Below, piece after piece: positions 60,348 to 64,000 of a DNA stretch of 64,000 nucleotides. Source of the DNA: Macrostomum hystrix. Taxonomy: Eukaryota; Animalia; Platyhelminthes. The DNA is taken from contig CATNEN010000031.1 of assembly GCA_950097015.1 (NCBI GenBank), forward strand, positions 3,410,001 through 3,474,000, read 5' to 3'. The notes beneath the pieces are model-generated. The model had not been told where the DNA came from and made no database searches. It saw only the letters and a list, made by a program, of their open reading frames with translations. How positions within the stretch are numbered: position 1 is the first letter of the stretch; every line of letters starts with the position of its first letter. A program made the position numbers and the translations under genes.

Positions 60348-61419
60348 TGTATCTAATTTTCCCTCAAGTCTAACTTAGTGCCATACTAAAAGCTGAGAAC
60401 TAAAATGGTCTACGCTTATAAACCTGACCAGAGATAGACTTTCATTCTGATGCTAATGCAGGTTTTCTAACTCTACTCAATGAGTAGATGCTAATTCTAC
60501 TCATTCAGGTTTACAATCAAAATGCAACTTACTCGTCCCATATTAAAATCCATTGCGCAATTTATAAATAGTGAGTCTTTAGTTCGAATCGTCACTACAA
60601 TTTAATAATTTTCTATTTAAAAGTGTTCAGCCTCGAAAGATTTTTTCATTTTAATATCTTCTTGTCACCTGTTTGATTATTCGGTTGAAAAAATTTCATT
60701 TCAAATACTTCGTGCCCAACTTGAGATTTTGTTGCCCCGAAAAATGGCCCCTTCAATTTATGGGTGGCCACCTGTTGGCGCCTAAAATATTAGTGCAACG
60801 ACAGAAGTCAGTTTGAAAACGAATTATGAACAAACTTCTGATTACAGTTTTTCTGCCTTTAAATCGAATCGAAGCAGCAATGTCACTGAGAAGCGGAAAA
60901 ACCATCGACAGGGCCGCTGAGTTTGGTTTATTAGCATGCAGAGTTAGCATTCGGGACTTTGGTTATTGCGACATGGTCAAGAGAAAAACTAGAGATGGTG
61001 TATAAAAAAATATTTAATCAATAATTCCAGCAATCAGCATTGCAATCGGGAGCAATTACGTCAGAACTTTTTGCGAAACGTACTTTTGAAACAGAGTTTT
61101 AGAGTGCTAAAAAAAATCAACAGAGTGAAATAACTCGCAGTTGCGTTGAAAGAGTCCGACATTTAGAAAGTAGCTCACCCAAGCTGAGAACTGTCTTTAT
61201 AGATGGCGCTTCGCAGGCATCCTGTACGATCTAAATAAATCAAAATCGATAAAGCGACGTCAAAACTCATGCTCCTCATGTTGGGCTTTGAAAGATAGGT
61301 CATGCTTTTGGAGCAGGACACGGGAAATTAGAAGACGCCAAAAAAGGTATAAAAATTTTTCAAATAAATTTTTAAGTCACGTGACCAAAAGCTTTTGGCT
61401 AGCACCCTCTCCAGCTTTG

Positions 61420-63999
61420 CTACTGAAGGCAGCAGGCCTTGGAGTTCTCAACTCGGTTGACTCGCCACTGGCTCACCAGCTGGGCGATCTTCATCCCTGC
61501 CGCCAGCGACGGGTTGGTCTCGTCTCCGCCTCCGCCGCCGGCGAGACCTCCGTGCTTGAACACAGCCTCCACCTGACGGCTTGGCAGATCCCCGACCGCC
61601 CGCATCAGGCTGGCATCCGTCGGGTCGGCGATGGTCAGCAGTGTCAGGGAGCCGTCGATGCCTCCGCAGGCGACGCCCCGACCGTCCAACGCGCTGACCA
61701 TCGACTTAATCTCGGCGTGCACCTTGAAATCCGCTAGTAGAGCTGCGTCCTGCACCCGGATCAGTCGGATGGTCTTGCGGCCGCTGTGAAAGTGCACTAT
61801 GTACTTATCGCCTTCGGTGAAGATCGTGATACTGGGAAACACGCCGTCGGATGTCTGTCGCCGGAGCACCCACTTGGAGTTTTGCGGCTTGCGCAGGTCC
61901 AGCAGCTTGACTCCGCCAACAAGCGGCGAGAACAGGCCGAATCGGCCGTCCGCTGTGCGCAGGCCCTGCCACTCGGCCACCGAGCGCACCAGCTGCTTCT
62001 TGCGCGAGTCCCACAGCTGGCCCTTCTCCTCGTCGATGAAAGCGATCCAGCCCGGCTTGTCCGGCAAAGCCACAATCTGCTTCACCACCTTGGCGCCCTC
62101 CAGCTTGGGCTTGGTCTTCTCCAGGAAGGAGCCAGTTTCTGCATTGTAGTAGGACACAATGAACTTCTCCTTGGCGGTGCAGGGCACGAGGATCTGGGCA
62201 CTGTCGGCTGAATATATTGGCGCCACAAAGTCAACAAAGTAATACTCGAACTCGTACAGCAGCTGCGTGCTGGGCATGGCGTAGCAGCAGATCGATGCCG
62301 TCTTGGAGGCCCTCTTCTCCATGCTGACCGCCAGCACGCGAGCTCCGTCCGGCGACATCTCCAGCGCTTCGACTGGCCCGAAGTCATGCGACAGGAGCGA
62401 CTCGCCGCCGGGAAGCGACCAAAACACGAGGCGCCGGCTGTCAGCTGACACGGCAACGCTGGCATCGTGGGAGATCAGCGCCTTGAAGATGACGGCATTG
62501 CCACTGGCTGAGAAGGTCTTCAACAGGACTCCGCGCTGCACATCCCACAGGCCGAGGTAGGTGCGCGCTACTGTGAGAGCCGTGCAGCCGTCCTTTGACA
62601 GGGAGATGAAGTCAATAGGTTTCTCCATGTGGTGAATATTGAACACGCGCTCCATGATGTTGTTGAAGTTCCACACCTTGATGGTCTTGTCCATGGATGA
62701 TGAGATGACACGGTTGAGCACCACCGAGTTGGTCATGGAGACAATGCGGCCGAAATGGGCGTCCAGCTTCTTCATTAGGGTGCCTGTCTTGCAGGAGTAG
62801 GCCATGACTAGGTGCCTGACTGCGGAGATCATGAACTCGTTGCCGCGGCTGAAGATCAGAAGGTTCTGCATAGGGTTCTTGTTTGGAATGTTTTGATAGC
62901 CCTTGGGCAACGGGGCCCGGGCGCACGGACAACCCTGGGAGCTGAGGTGCCAAATCTTGAACTCGGTGGAACAGATGGCTACAAAAATTGTTTCATCATC
63001 GCTGAGCGTCAGGCCGACGAACTCGTCACTGTTCTCGATGGACGAGTCCCATGCATAGTTGCCAGTGTCGACCCGTCTCGCGTAGCGATGAATGGTGAAG
63101 TTCATGGCTCCAGTTTCATCGCGTTTCGGCAGGAACATGTGGCGCCTGCTGTTCCCCAATGCCAGGCCAGTGTGATACTCGATGCTGTTCTCCAGGTCGT
63201 GACTAAAGTAAACCCTGTACTCGCCCGCAACCTGCGTGTTGACAGTGCAGAAGTAAAATTCGCTAGGGCCGCGATAATCGAAGTGCACAATCTCCTCGCC
63301 CGAGTTCTGCAGCTCTCCGTTGCTGAGCAGCTCCGCTGCGTGGCTGAACTCAAACCACTGACGGGCGGTGAACGCCAGGCAGACCTCCGTAGTCACAAGA
63401 ACTCCGCGCACGTCGAACTCTTTGGATAAGTTGTAGAAGCTGTGCTCCCCGGACACAATGTTGGTGAAGACCAGCTGGTTGTTGCTGGTGAAGCTGACGG
63501 CTCGCCTGTCCTCAGAGTCGATGCGCATCCCCTTCGTAATGCCCTGCAAGCCGTTGATTGGAATGTTTCGGAAAATTTCGCCAGTCTGCAAGTCCCAAAT
63601 GATGAACTGGTTGGACACGGACACCAGGTACTTGCTGTCGCTGGTCACCTGCATGCCGTAGCAGGCGAACTGGTGTCCCTCCAGAGAGTACTCTAACGGT
63701 CCGCCAGGGGTGTACAGGTAGTGGTGCGCCGGCACCAGGGCGCAGTGTACCGGCCCTTCTCTGTCGCACTCGTGAATAAGGTGGCGCACCTTCTCGAAGA
63801 TGGCGTAGTAAGGCAGCAGGCGACCGCTGATCTGCGGCCCGAGCATGTTGGGATCCTTGGTGATGATGCTGGCCGAGAGTCTGAGGCATTCGCTGAGGAT
63901 GCGCGCGTTCCTGTCGCTAGTCTTGGCGATCATGCTGTCCAGGTCGGATAAGAGCGCTTGCAGCGGGAAGGCGCTGAGCTTGGCGTGCAGGAACTGGTA
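61420..63999 (-). CDS. NWD2: NACHT and WD40 repeat domain protein (NWD1/NWD2-like), 5' partial, single long terminal exon
   Basis: YQFLHAKLSAFPLQALLSD..LRLSASIITKDPNMLGPQISGRLLP, HCALVPAHHYLYTPGGPLEYSLEGHQFAC, WD40 repeats (LDAHFGRIVSM..ISSSMDKTIKVWN). Frame is open to the window edge. NACHT domain is inferred upstream and not visible; NWD1 versus NWD2 not resolvable. Confidence 0.85.
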   Translation of the reverse strand, partial: YQFLHAKLSAFPLQALLSDLDSMIAKTSDRNARILSECLRLSASIITKDPNMLGPQISGRLLPYYAIFEKVRHLIHECDREGPVHCALVPAHHYLYTPGGPLEYSLEGHQFACYGMQVTSDSKYLVSVSNQFIIWDLQTGEIFRNIPINGLQGITKGMRIDSEDRRAVSFTSNNQLVFTNIVSGEHSFYNLSKEFDVRGVLVTTEVCLAFTARQWFEFSHAAELLSNGELQNSGEEIVHFDYRGPSEFYFCTVNTQVAGEYRVYFSHDLENSIEYHTGLALGNSRRHMFLPKRDETGAMNFTIHRYARRVDTGNYAWDSSIENSDEFVGLTLSDDETIFVAICSTEFKIWHLSSQGCPCARAPLPKGYQNIPNKNPMQNLLIFSRGNEFMISAVRHLVMAYSCKTGTLMKKLDAHFGRIVSMTNSVVLNRVISSSMDKTIKVWNFNNIMERVFNIHHMEKPIDFISLSKDGCTALTVARTYLGLWDVQRGVLLKTFSASGNAVIFKALISHDASVAVSADSRRLVFWSLPGGESLLSHDFGPVEALEMSPDGARVLAVSMEKRASKTASICCYAMPSTQLLYEFEYYFVDFVAPIYSADSAQILVPCTAKEKFIVSYYNAETGSFLEKTKPKLEGAKVVKQIVALPDKPGWIAFIDEEKGQLWDSRKKQLVRSVAEWQGLRTADGRFGLFSPLVGGVKLLDLRKPQNSKWVLRRQTSDGVFPSITIFTEGDKYIVHFHSGRKTIRLIRVQDAALLADFKVHAEIKSMVSALDGRGVACGGIDGSLTLLTIADPTDASLMRAVGDLPSRQVEAVFKHGGLAGGGGGDETNPSLAAGMKIAQLVSQWRVNRVENSKACCLQ

Positions 64000-64000
64000 A

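Overview
Eukaryotic (metazoan) genomic DNA with GT-AG introns. GC-rich exons, minisatellite-filled introns and acceptor sites just upstream of start codons suggest a free-living flatworm such as Macrostomum; the organism is my inference. The ORF track ignores splicing and uses GTG/TTG starts, so I rebuilt exon structures by hand. Genes in order: GNL2/Nog2 (+, 5' partial), NUP93 (+), a complete outer-arm dynein beta heavy chain (-, 14 exons, one +1 frameshift), a CEPT1/CHPT1-type phosphotransferase (+), an intronless peptide-type class A GPCR (-), OCA2 (-, 9 exons), an orphan acidic/basic protein gene (-, one +1 frameshift), an orphan gene with a signal-peptide exon lacking its own ATG (-), and an NWD-type WD40 protein (-, 5' partial). 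Mobile DNA: a Merlin (IS1595-like) transposon with TIRs and an 8-bp TSD, a nested 303-bp MITE, tRNA-derived SINE-like elements of two families, and a hAT terminus. About 17 tandem arrays are present, one a nested palindrome. Best leads: (1) the orphan secreted-type protein that may take its initiator AUG from the flatworm spliced leader, with a window-wide pattern of candidate trans-splice acceptors and possible operons; (2) the Merlin element with an apparent CpG-deamination signature; (3) the foldback array between GNL2 and NUP93. No CRISPR, rRNA or intact tRNA gene is supported.
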